Of a stretch of DNA of 47,890 nucleotides, positions 36,068 to 44,081 are shown piece by piece. Numbering within the stretch: the stretch's first letter is position 1; every line of letters starts with the position of its first letter. The position numbers and the translations under genes were made by a program. The notes under the pieces were generated by a model. It did no database searches. It was not told the DNA's origin and saw only the letters and a list, made by a program, of their open reading frames with translations. This DNA is from an uncultured Candidatus Saccharibacteria bacterium (lineage in GTDB: Bacteria; Patescibacteriota; Minisyncoccia; Phycocordibacterales; 01-FULL-45-15b), in assembly GCA_964373765.1 (NCBI GenBank), contig CAYJVZ010000002.1:1-47890 (forward strand), given 5' to 3'.

Positions 36068-36590
36068 CCCCGCAGCAGAGCTGCGAGGTATGCGTGGTTA
36101 CTCGATACCCTGAAACAAGGACAGCGTCCCACGATGTATCTGTTGGTAACTTCGACCTTGATTTTTGACATATTCGCTGATGATTTTTTCATTGCCATAG
36201 TATCCGACCGTGTTTATATAGTACCCACTTGTCCAAAACTTTCCACCCCACAACATTCGTTTGACTTCAGGGCACTGTTTGAAGATTTCCTTTGCTACTA
36301 TACTTTTCGTAATCTGGACAATGCTTGCTGGCAGTATCGAGAGCACACTTTGCGTAAGGAAATGCACATGATCTTCATCAGCACCAATCTCTATATACCC
36401 TAGTTATCGTTTCTCAATTTCTAAACAAATTCCCTTCAGCACCTTCTCCACTTCTTCGGTCAGTACCCTTCTTCTGTACTTTATTGGACAAACAATGTGG
36501 TAGAGCATCAAATTCTTATTGTGACGTTTGATAACGTGGTCTGACATGTATCAATTGTACCACCCGCGCCCCCGTAGCAGAGCTGCGAGG
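36068..36590 (-). mobile_element. compact IS200/IS605-family element (tnpA only) bounded by 21-bp direct hairpin repeats
   Basis: ccccgcagcagagctgcgagg (36068-36088) and ccccgtagcagagctgcgagg (36570-36590) lie in the same orientation. Each forms CGCAGC-aga-GCTGCG. They flank a Y1 (HUH) transposase reading frame. Confidence 0.7.
36098..36547 (-). pseudogene. tnpA: IS200-type Y1 transposase tnpA interrupted by one in-frame TAA
   Basis: MSDHVIKRHNKNLMLYHIVCPIKYRRRVLTEEVEKVLKGICLEIEKR-TAA(36404-36406)-LGYIEIGADEDHVHFL...KFWTSGYYINTVG. The HUH motif (HVH) and catalytic Tyr region are intact. Total 149 codons if read through. Confidence 0.8.
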
Positions 36591-36724
36591 AAATCTTTTC
36601 TATTATATATAGAACGGGGCTTTATTTCCACTGATATAGAGACTGTCCTTTATATTTGCCTTCCAGCAAATAATTTATATGCATTGGACAGATGACAGAT
36701 GAAATTTTGCCGATTGAACATCTC

Positions 36725-37660
36725 TTAGTAGCTTCCTGAATATTCATTAACAGCCTTGACTAATTTTTTTACATCGCTAAAGCGCTCCTCTTGTCCCGAA
36801 CCAAGAATCGAAATAACCACGGGGCTGCCAAAAGCCGGATCAAAGGCAACAACAACGTTCCCACCCGCAATGTCCGTATATCCGGTTTTCGATCCTATCA
36901 AACCCGGAATATCCTCAATTATTTCATTTGTATTCTTGAATTGGTGATTGCGGTTGCTTAATGAATCAAGAGTAATACTGGCGTATCTTGTGCCTTCTAT
37001 GATCGTCGAATCAGTTTTAATGATATAGGAAAAAAGGCGAGCAATATCTTCGGCAGTGCCGTAACTTCCGCTTATAAAAGCATTCCGGTCTAGCCCAGTT
37101 TCGTTCAGAAAAAAAGTCTGCTCCAAATCAAGCTCATCTGATTTTTCGTTCATGTAGATAATAAAACTGTCTCTTGGACTGACAGATTGGATGTTGGATC
37201 CTAGCAATTTTTTTCCAGCGGCGCTTGCAAGAGCGACAGCGCCGTCATTGGAGGAAGAAAGTAAAGTAAGATCAATAAGGTCGCCCAAATTCCATAATTC
37301 GCCCACGTAAAGGCCGCTGTCTCCTTCGCTTGAGATACTCTCCCTACTTATCTCTATCCGATCATCGCTGTTTAAAATTTCATTTGCCGCCGCCGCGACC
37401 ATTATTTTGGCCACGGAAGCCAATGGATGCTTCTGCTTTGAATTTTTCTCGTATAAAACCCTGCCGGAATTTACTTCATAAACATATGCAGATGTTGCAA
37501 CTAATTCAATGCCGTCAAAAGGGTTTTTCTCTTTGACTAAGGTGTCGGTCATTAAATCTTCAGTTTTGTTTAAAAATAAATGGCCGCCGCTAAAGAAACC
37601 AAAGGTGATAATGGCGCTAAAGAGAAGTATGGTGAGAATCTCTAATTTACTTATTTTCAT
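36725..37660 (-). CDS. D-alanyl-D-alanine carboxypeptidase (PBP5/S11-like)
   Basis: SxxK (SVAKI), SxN (SSSND) and KTG (SKTGYT) motifs. N-terminal membrane anchor. Confidence 0.8.
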   Translation of the reverse strand: MKISKLEILTILLFSAIITFGFFSGGHLFLNKTEDLMTDTLVKEKNPFDGIELVATSAYVYEVNSGRVLYEKNSKQKHPLASVAKIMVAAAANEILNSDDRIEISRESISSEGDSGLYVGELWNLGDLIDLTLLSSSNDGAVALASAAGKKLLGSNIQSVSPRDSFIIYMNEKSDELDLEQTFFLNETGLDRNAFISGSYGTAEDIARLFSYIIKTDSTIIEGTRYASITLDSLSNRNHQFKNTNEIIEDIPGLIGSKTGYTDIAGGNVVVAFDPAFGSPVVISILGSGQEERFSDVKKLVKAVNEYSGSY

Positions 37661-37668
37661 TTCAAAAT

Positions 37669-38256
37669 TTAATTCTGATTGGATGCGTCTTTGGAGTGAT
37701 TAGCGTCGCCTGGGCTTTCCTCACTGGCGTTTTGTCTGCCGCTAAAATCGGCCAGCTCATTTTTTACTTTATGGAATTCAGGCAATTGATCCACTTTTGA
37801 TAGACCGAGATGGCTCAATAAATCAATGCTTGAGCTGTAAAGAAAAGTCCGACTGTCTTCGCTGCTTTGAGACCTTTCCACAAGACCTCTAATCATAAGA
37901 TTCCTGATTATAAAAGTTGAATTTACTCCTCGAATATAATCAATATCTCTTCTTGAAACCGGGCCTTTATATAAAATTATAGAAAGTGTTTCAGTGGCTG
38001 CTTTTCCAAGATCGCGGCTTAATTCCTCTTTTTTAATCTTGGCAATTAACTGGGAATTTTCTGGGGCAGTGCCCAAAGCCACTTTATCTCCCGCTCTTTG
38101 AAGGGTTATACCCCTCGTTACGAGACTCGTCTCAAGTAAATCTAGAGCTTTTATTATATTTTCTTGATTCTCGCCAATCGCATTTGAGAGAAAATCTATC
38201 GTCACTGGCTCCCCTTTCCAAAAAAGTATTGATTCAATTTTACTTTCTAAAGTCAT
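37669..38256 (-). CDS. scpB: segregation and condensation protein B
   Basis: IESILFWKGEPVT... and winged-helix repeats typical of ScpB. Downstream of scpA. Confidence 0.82.
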   Translation of the reverse strand: MTLESKIESILFWKGEPVTIDFLSNAIGENQENIIKALDLLETSLVTRGITLQRAGDKVALGTAPENSQLIAKIKKEELSRDLGKAATETLSIILYKGPVSRRDIDYIRGVNSTFIIRNLMIRGLVERSQSSEDSRTFLYSSSIDLLSHLGLSKVDQLPEFHKVKNELADFSGRQNASEESPGDANHSKDASNQN

Positions 38257-38267
38257 GTTTAATATGT

Positions 38268-38996
38268 TTAATAATTGGGCACGTTAATCTCGTCAGTCTC
38301 CATCACTATGTCATGCGATATATGCTCTTGTTTAACTCTTATCACTCCTTGCTTTACAAGCTCAAGCATAGCAAGAAAACTCACAATTATTTCAATCCTT
38401 TCGCCCTTTGCCACTTTTGCAAAATCTCTAAATGACAATTTCATGTGAGTTTTAATCCTTTTCGTCAAATTTGATATTACTTCTTCAAGACTTATGACTT
38501 TCCTCACAATGGCTTTAGGCAATTCAACAACCTTAGGCAAGCTTTGCAAAAGATCTCTCACGCTTTTTTCAATACTAAATAGAGAAAGCGATTTATATGG
38601 CGCGAAAACCACTTCTTCGTCATTATTTTCGCCTCTTAGATAAATCGGATTGAGATTGAATAAATTCTTAACGTGCCTTGATAAATCCCTAAATTTCTTA
38701 TATATGGAAAGCCTCAATTCTAAATCGTGGATGCTTGACTGTTCATCTTCGGAAAGATCAAGCGTCGGCAGAAGCGACTTAGATTTTATAAGTAAAAGTA
38801 TGGAAGAAATCAGAATAAAATTAGAGGCTTCGGCCAGCGGATACTTTTCAAAAGAGCGAATGTGGCTTATAAAATCGTCAGTGATTTTAGCCAAAGAAAT
38901 ATCGTTTATCAAAAGCTTCCTGCTTTCCACCAGATCCAGCAAAACTTCAAGAGGCCCCTTGAAGACTTCGGTTTTAACTTCAAATGTCATAGCCAT
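38268..38996 (-). CDS. scpA: segregation and condensation protein A
   Basis: FKGPLEVLLDLVESRKLLINDISLAKITDDF N-terminus. C-terminal winged helix with LAMLELVK. Confidence 0.82.
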   Translation of the reverse strand: MAMTFEVKTEVFKGPLEVLLDLVESRKLLINDISLAKITDDFISHIRSFEKYPLAEASNFILISSILLLIKSKSLLPTLDLSEDEQSSIHDLELRLSIYKKFRDLSRHVKNLFNLNPIYLRGENNDEEVVFAPYKSLSLFSIEKSVRDLLQSLPKVVELPKAIVRKVISLEEVISNLTKRIKTHMKLSFRDFAKVAKGERIEIIVSFLAMLELVKQGVIRVKQEHISHDIVMETDEINVPNY

Positions 38997-39033
38997 GGGT
39001 TGTGTCTTTTTTTTGCCTCCACAAGATATTTAT

Positions 39034-40425
39034 CTAGCCTTTGTTAATTTTTATTCCAAGCTCTTTTAGCTGGTCATCGTCTATTTTGGCCGGTGATTTC
39101 ATCATCGGGTCTCTTCCCTCTCCCGTTTTCGGAAAAGCAATGACTTCCCTTATGTTCGGCTCGTCAAGCAAAATGGAAATCAGCCGGTCAAGCCCCCAAG
39201 CAATTCCGCCATGAGGAGGAGTGCCAGAATTGAGAGCATCAATCATATGCTGAAAATTATCAACAACGGCTTGTTTGTCATATCCTATGATATCCATCAC
39301 TTTTTCAAAAACACTTGCTTGGTGAGCGCGAATACTGCCACCGCCGATTTCTAGGCCGTTTAGAACAATGTCATACTGGGCCGCTATAATATTTTGAATA
39401 TCATCGCCGGCCAAAAGCAAATCCTTATGCTCATCTTTTGGCGCCGAAAAAGGGTTGTGAGTGAAAGTCCATTTGCCATCGGCCGTTTTTTCAAAAAATG
39501 GAAAATCAACAATCCAGACAAAAGCCAGCTCATTTTTATCATTCTTATCAAGCCGTAAATCAGGGCGATCAGTTTTGTATTTTTCCTGCGCTTCTTTGTA
39601 AGCCATTATGGGAAAAGGTTTTTTCTGGATCTTTTTTTCCGGCAATATTTTTTCAACTAAAGTTATCAACAATTCTTCATTCAATGCCATGACCGCCTCT
39701 TTTGAAGTAAAGCTCATTTCCATATCAAGTTGTGTGAATTCCGGCTGCCTGTCGCCGCGGGTATCCTCATCTCTCATACACCTTGCAATTTGGAAATATT
39801 TCTCCAGTCCGGATGTCATCAGAAGCTGTTTATATTGTTGGGGAGATTGGGGCAGAGCGTAAAATTTGCCCTTATCTACCCTCGAAGGAACAACGTAGTC
39901 CCTCGCTCCCTCTGGAGTTGATTTCGTCAAAATGGGCGTTTCTACTTCAATAAAATTCCTTTGGCTAAGAAAATCTCTGATAAATTTGATAATTAGGTGG
40001 CGAGACTTGATATTTTTTTTAAGCCTATCTCTTTTCAAATCCGCATATCGGTATTTCAGTCTTACTTCCTCGTCAATTTCCTTGCCGTCCGAAGATATGT
40101 TAAACGGCATAGTCACTGACTGATTGAGAATAATTATTTGAGTAAGCTCAAGCTCAACACCTCCGTTTGGGACAGCGGTTTTCATTTTTTCCGGTCTTTC
40201 ATTTACTTTGCCCGAAGCCTCAATCACCCATTCTGGCCTTAATCTATTGGCTTTTTCGTGAGCCTCCTTGTGATTCGGCAATGCTACCGCCTGAACTTTT
40301 CCGCTCTCGTCTCTAATGTCTAAAAAAATAAGCTTGCCGTGACCTCGTCTGACATCTACCCAACCTGATATGGAAACTCCTTTTCCAACTAGATTCTTAA
40401 GCTCGCATATATGGGTTCTTTTCAT
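39034..40425 (-). CDS. aspS: aspartate--tRNA ligase, short form without the GAD insertion (463 aa)
   Basis: N-terminal OB fold, QSPQQYKQLLM, FTQLDMEMSF, GGGSIR, GLDRL. Confidence 0.9.
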   Translation of the reverse strand: MKRTHICELKNLVGKGVSISGWVDVRRGHGKLIFLDIRDESGKVQAVALPNHKEAHEKANRLRPEWVIEASGKVNERPEKMKTAVPNGGVELELTQIIILNQSVTMPFNISSDGKEIDEEVRLKYRYADLKRDRLKKNIKSRHLIIKFIRDFLSQRNFIEVETPILTKSTPEGARDYVVPSRVDKGKFYALPQSPQQYKQLLMTSGLEKYFQIARCMRDEDTRGDRQPEFTQLDMEMSFTSKEAVMALNEELLITLVEKILPEKKIQKKPFPIMAYKEAQEKYKTDRPDLRLDKNDKNELAFVWIVDFPFFEKTADGKWTFTHNPFSAPKDEHKDLLLAGDDIQNIIAAQYDIVLNGLEIGGGSIRAHQASVFEKVMDIIGYDKQAVVDNFQHMIDALNSGTPPHGGIAWGLDRLISILLDEPNIREVIAFPKTGEGRDPMMKSPAKIDDDQLKELGIKINKG

Positions 40426-40454
40426 GTCGCAATTCTAGCAAATATATTTAATAT

Positions 40455-40493
40455 AAAAAAGCCCTTTTACGGACTTTGGGAAATGAAAGGCTT
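40455..40493 (-). terminator. candidate terminator upstream of aspS
   Basis: Minus strand: AAGCCTTT...AAAGGGCTT (one bulged G) followed by TTTTTAT. Confidence 0.4.
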
Positions 40494-40591
40494 ATAGGGT
40501 TATTAGCGCAATTTGTACGCGGGGTTAGCCAATCAACAAGTTATATTTACGCAATCTTCTTCTGATAAGCGCCCAGATCATTAAATCCATT

Positions 40592-40621
40592 TATTCAAGT
40601 ATTCAATTGAATACTTGAATA
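40592..40621. repeat. 30-bp perfect palindrome
   Basis: TATTCAAGTATTCAATTGAATACTTGAATA equals its own reverse complement. Confidence 0.9.
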
Positions 40622-40762
40622 GATATTTGAATTTACATTTGCATTTTCATTTGCGTTTGGGTTTGTGATTGAAGTTGTGTTTATGCTTATATTTGTGATT
40701 ATTTGAGTTTGTTCTACTATTTACATTTGTATATATATTTGCACTTGTATTTGTATTTGTGA
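40622..40762. repeat. degenerate hexanucleotide-periodic tract (ATTTGN-like units, about 23 units)
   Basis: atttga atttac atttgc attttc atttgc gtttgg gtttgt gattga ... ttgtat ttgtat ttgtga. Read on the minus strand it yields the T/N/K/H dipeptide-like tail of ORF 40647..40832. Confidence 0.7.
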
Positions 40763-40849
40763 AATGATAATGACGTCCTCCCCACACTTTCGTCTGAAGT
40801 TCCCTAGGACAACAAAGGCTCTGCTGAAACATGGTGTCCTATGTTTAGT

Positions 40850-42661
40850 TTAATCATGAAGACCGATCTGAAGATCGTAAAGTCTCTTATATTCTCCAGA
40901 TTTCGAGATCAGTTCTTGATGATTGCCGAATTCAATTATTCTTCCGTCTTTGAAAACAAATATCTTATCGGCTTTTCTCACGGTAGAAAACCGATGAGCA
41001 ATGATAAATGTCGTCTTTCCCTTCATCAGCTTTTCTAATGATCTGGATATTTCAGCTTCGGTTGAGGCGTCAAGCGCGGACGTCGGCTCGTCTAGAATCA
41101 AAATCCTCGGTTTCCTCAAAAGAGCCCGCGCTATTGCCACTCTCTGTTTTTGACCGACAGAAAGTTTGACGCCTCTTTCCCCAACTCGTTGGTCCCATTT
41201 GTCTGGAAATGAATTGATAAATTTGTCCGCGTGAGCTTCCGTGGCTGCTTGCCGCACCTCTTTGTCGCTGGCCTCGAAGGAGCCATACTTAATGTTGTAA
41301 AAAATGGTGTCGTTGAAGAGAGCCACTTCCTGCGGGACAGTTCCTATATTTTTTCGAAGCAGGTTAAGATTGATTCTCTCTATTGGAATATCGTCAATCA
41401 AAATCCTCCCTTTTTTTGCAAACTGAAAGCCCGATACAAGTTGGATTAGAGTTGATTTTCCCACTCCAGATTCGCCGACAAGAGCGACGACTTCGCCTGA
41501 TTTAATCTCAAATGAAATATCGCGCAATATGGGCCTCTTTTGATCGTAATAGAAATCGACGTTTTCAAATGTTACGTCTCCTTTTATTTTTTTTATTGGA
41601 GCTTCATTTTCCGGCCGATATTTTTCTATCGGCGTAGCCAATATCTTTTCGGCCTCTTCAAGTTGGATTATGCCATTTTGGATGACTTGCCAATTCCTTC
41701 CTACTATCACAAATGGCCCGAAAACCATCGTGGCATACGCGTTGAAAGCCAGAAGTTCGCCCAATGTCATTTCGCCTTGATTAATGAATACTATAGATGA
41801 CGTGAAGATAATTATTTGAGTGGTCAAAATTATAATTCTTTGGGAGAGAGTCAAGTTGCTCCAAACTCTATTTAGCTTATTCCACAGATTTATAACGGGG
41901 CCAAACAGCACTCCAGACATTCTTTGTTTCTCAAAAATTTCCGCATTGGCCTGCTTGACCGTGTCAATGTTGCCGATCAATTCATAGCTGTCTCCGAAAA
42001 CAGCAAAAAGATGCTTGTGGTATTCTCTTTGAATGCCGGCTAGCGGAGCAACCGAGCGCATCATGATGATAGAATAAAGGCAAACGCCGACAATAAGCAT
42101 TGTCGCTAAAAAAGGCTTAATGAAAAAGCCAATGGAAATTGCAATGATGATCGAAAGAAATTGGGGCGTCAAATCAATTATGATTCGGCCGACAATAGTC
42201 TCAAGCGATGAAGCGGCTCTGCTGATTTTTTCTCCGACTTCGCCGATTTTTCTCTCCTTATGAAAACTAACCGGTAACAAAAGAAGATGTCCTACGCCTT
42301 CGGCCCAGTAGTCTATCCATACTCTGTTTGAGAAATTTTCGCTTTTTATATTAATCTGCCAGTCAACCAAATAGATTATAACTTGCAAGATTGACCAGGC
42401 TATTAAAAGCCAAGCGTATAACGGGAGCGTTTGTGAGAGAAATTCATATTGCGTGGGTGTGATGATTGAGTCAAAAAATCGGCCGGCTATGTATGGAATG
42501 AAGCCGTTGCCGATGGCCGAGACGATTCCGAGGCCCGAAAGAGCCATAGTTTCGGGGCTATATTTTCTGAGATAACGCCAAAGCACAAAGAGGCCTCTTT
42601 TTAAATTGGCCAAATTTACTTTGTCCGCTTTTCCATCTTTACTTGCGGCGAGGTGTCGCAT
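40850..42661 (-). CDS. ABC exporter, fused permease/ATPase (MsbA/multidrug type)
   Basis: Six-TM N-terminal half. Walker A GESGVGKST, signature LSVGQKQRVAIARALL, Walker B ILILDEPTSALD. Confidence 0.88.
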   Translation of the reverse strand: MRHLAASKDGKADKVNLANLKRGLFVLWRYLRKYSPETMALSGLGIVSAIGNGFIPYIAGRFFDSIITPTQYEFLSQTLPLYAWLLIAWSILQVIIYLVDWQINIKSENFSNRVWIDYWAEGVGHLLLLPVSFHKERKIGEVGEKISRAASSLETIVGRIIIDLTPQFLSIIIAISIGFFIKPFLATMLIVGVCLYSIIMMRSVAPLAGIQREYHKHLFAVFGDSYELIGNIDTVKQANAEIFEKQRMSGVLFGPVINLWNKLNRVWSNLTLSQRIIILTTQIIIFTSSIVFINQGEMTLGELLAFNAYATMVFGPFVIVGRNWQVIQNGIIQLEEAEKILATPIEKYRPENEAPIKKIKGDVTFENVDFYYDQKRPILRDISFEIKSGEVVALVGESGVGKSTLIQLVSGFQFAKKGRILIDDIPIERINLNLLRKNIGTVPQEVALFNDTIFYNIKYGSFEASDKEVRQAATEAHADKFINSFPDKWDQRVGERGVKLSVGQKQRVAIARALLRKPRILILDEPTSALDASTEAEISRSLEKLMKGKTTFIIAHRFSTVRKADKIFVFKDGRIIEFGNHQELISKSGEYKRLYDLQIGLHD

Positions 42662-42664
42662 GAA

Positions 42665-43648
42665 TTAACGTATCGTAACTCCGATTTTTTTTCTGACTTC
42701 TTTCATTTTGGCCTCGGCAATTTCTTTGGCCACTTCTCCACCTTCTTTTAGGATTTTAAATATTTTTTCTTTGTCGCGGGCGATATTCACCCTTTTTTCT
42801 CTTAGCGGAGTTATGAATCGATCGATATTGTTGATTAGCATTTCCTTTGATTCTTTGTAGCCTATTTTTCCTTTTTCGTATCTTTCTTTCAATCCATTAA
42901 GATCTTCGGGTAAAGCGAATAATTTGTGCAAAGCAAAAACATTGCACTTGCGAGCGTCTTTCGGCTCATCCACGCCTTTAGAATCAGTCGGTATACTCAT
43001 TACCTTTTTTTCAATCTCTAGCCTTTCAGCGAATAATCCTATTGTGTTGCCGTAGCTTTTGCTCATTTTTCGCCGATCAATGCCGGGCACAACTGCCACA
43101 TCTTCTAGAATTAGCGGCTTTGGCAATTTAAATGTCTCTCCAAACAATCGGTTAAATTTTTCGGCCGTGTCTCTTGTGATTTCTAAATGCTGTTTTTGAT
43201 CTTGTCCGATAGGAACCGCGTCCGCGTCATAAAGAAGAATATCCGCGGCCATGAGCATTGGATAATTAAAAGTGCCGACGCTGATTTCTTTATTTTTGGC
43301 CTCGGCGTCCTTAAAGACGTGCGAGCGCATCAAGTAAGGCATAGTGGTAATGCTTTCAAATATAAACGCAAGCTCGGTGTGAACGCTTATATCTGACTGT
43401 TTGAATAGAACGATTTTCTTTGGATCAAGCCCGATTGCCAAATAATCTGTGGCGACATCTAGAATATTCTGACTAAGTTCCTCCGGATTATGCAATGTAG
43501 TCAAAGCGTGCATGTCAGCAATAAATATAAAAGCCTCGTACTTATCCTGTAAATCAACAAACTGACGCATAGCGCCAAAATAGTTGCCAATATGTGGCCG
43601 TCCCGTGGGCTTAACGCCAGAAACCAATATTTGCCTGTCTTCTTGCAT
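42665..43648 (-). CDS. trpS: tryptophan--tRNA ligase
   Basis: HIGNYFGA (HIGH) and KMSKS motifs. 327 aa. Confidence 0.92.
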   Translation of the reverse strand: MQEDRQILVSGVKPTGRPHIGNYFGAMRQFVDLQDKYEAFIFIADMHALTTLHNPEELSQNILDVATDYLAIGLDPKKIVLFKQSDISVHTELAFIFESITTMPYLMRSHVFKDAEAKNKEISVGTFNYPMLMAADILLYDADAVPIGQDQKQHLEITRDTAEKFNRLFGETFKLPKPLILEDVAVVPGIDRRKMSKSYGNTIGLFAERLEIEKKVMSIPTDSKGVDEPKDARKCNVFALHKLFALPEDLNGLKERYEKGKIGYKESKEMLINNIDRFITPLREKRVNIARDKEKIFKILKEGGEVAKEIAEAKMKEVRKKIGVTIR

Positions 43649-43835
43649 AGATGAAATAATATCAGATAATTAGATTTATTTAAACTTATTATGAAAAATC
43701 AAGAATTTATTGCACACGTCATAATAAATCAAGCAAATCTGCCCATATAAAATGACTTAATGAGTACAGTGGTTAAAGTCAGCACTCTCTGGGTTAATAA
43801 ATTTAAATATGATGCAATTTGAGCAATTTATTCAC

Positions 43836-43922
43836 TTATTCGCTTATTCGTACGAATGGTACAATACAAGTGCAATAGTGATACAATAGTAGCGCGATAG
43901 TATGAGAGAATTCGAAATAATT
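43836..43922 (+). repeat. direct repeat copy A: ArsR-type promoter/operator plus first 7 codons
   Basis: 43836-43922 matches 47804-47890 with 1 mismatch (offset 3,968; the repeat runs to the window end). Contains the 12-bp palindrome ATTCGTACGAAT and an extended -10, TGgTACAAT (43857-43865). Confidence 0.85.
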
Positions 43923-44045
43923 TTAAAGGCTTTGGCTAACAGTCGCAGACTGGCGATTCTAAAAAAACTGAAGTCAAAAAAAGAACTGACTGTGGGTGAT
44001 ATATTTTTCATGTCTATATCTGCAGTTTTCTTGACCCACAATTGA
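43902..44045 (+). pseudogene. truncated ArsR/SmtB-family HTH regulator (47 codons)
   Basis: MREFEIILKALANSRRLAILKKLKSKKELTVGDIFFMSISAVFLTHN-stop. LKALAN.RRL.IL and ELTVGDI match the ArsR N-terminus, but the frame stops in the recognition helix at roughly half normal length. Confidence 0.6.
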
Positions 44046-44081
44046 TATTTTTCTGAACTTATCTATTTTATCTATATGAAA

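Noticed and set aside
36035-36403. 122-aa plus-strand ORF across the IS200-like element
   Set aside because: It is antisense to a clearly recognisable Y1 transposase frame and has no motifs of its own.
36404-36406. Stop-codon reassignment or an alternative genetic code suggested by the in-frame TAA in tnpA
   Set aside because: TAA, TAG and TGA all terminate well-conserved genes at the expected positions in this window, for example the dnaG TGA and the sortase and gyrB TAA. Standard code 11 therefore applies, and the TAA is best read as an inactivating mutation.
40647-40832. 61-aa ORF as a bacteriocin or RiPP precursor next to the ABC exporter
   Set aside because: The exporter lacks an N-terminal C39 peptidase domain. 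The ORF tail is simply the translation of the hexamer tract, and no modification enzymes are nearby. It is retained only as a low-confidence possibility in the repeat finding.
40426-43900. T-box leaders upstream of aspS and trpS (and pheS at 36.06 kb)
   Set aside because: No T-box consensus (..AGGGTGGNACCGCG..) or specifier-loop architecture is visible in the upstream regions.
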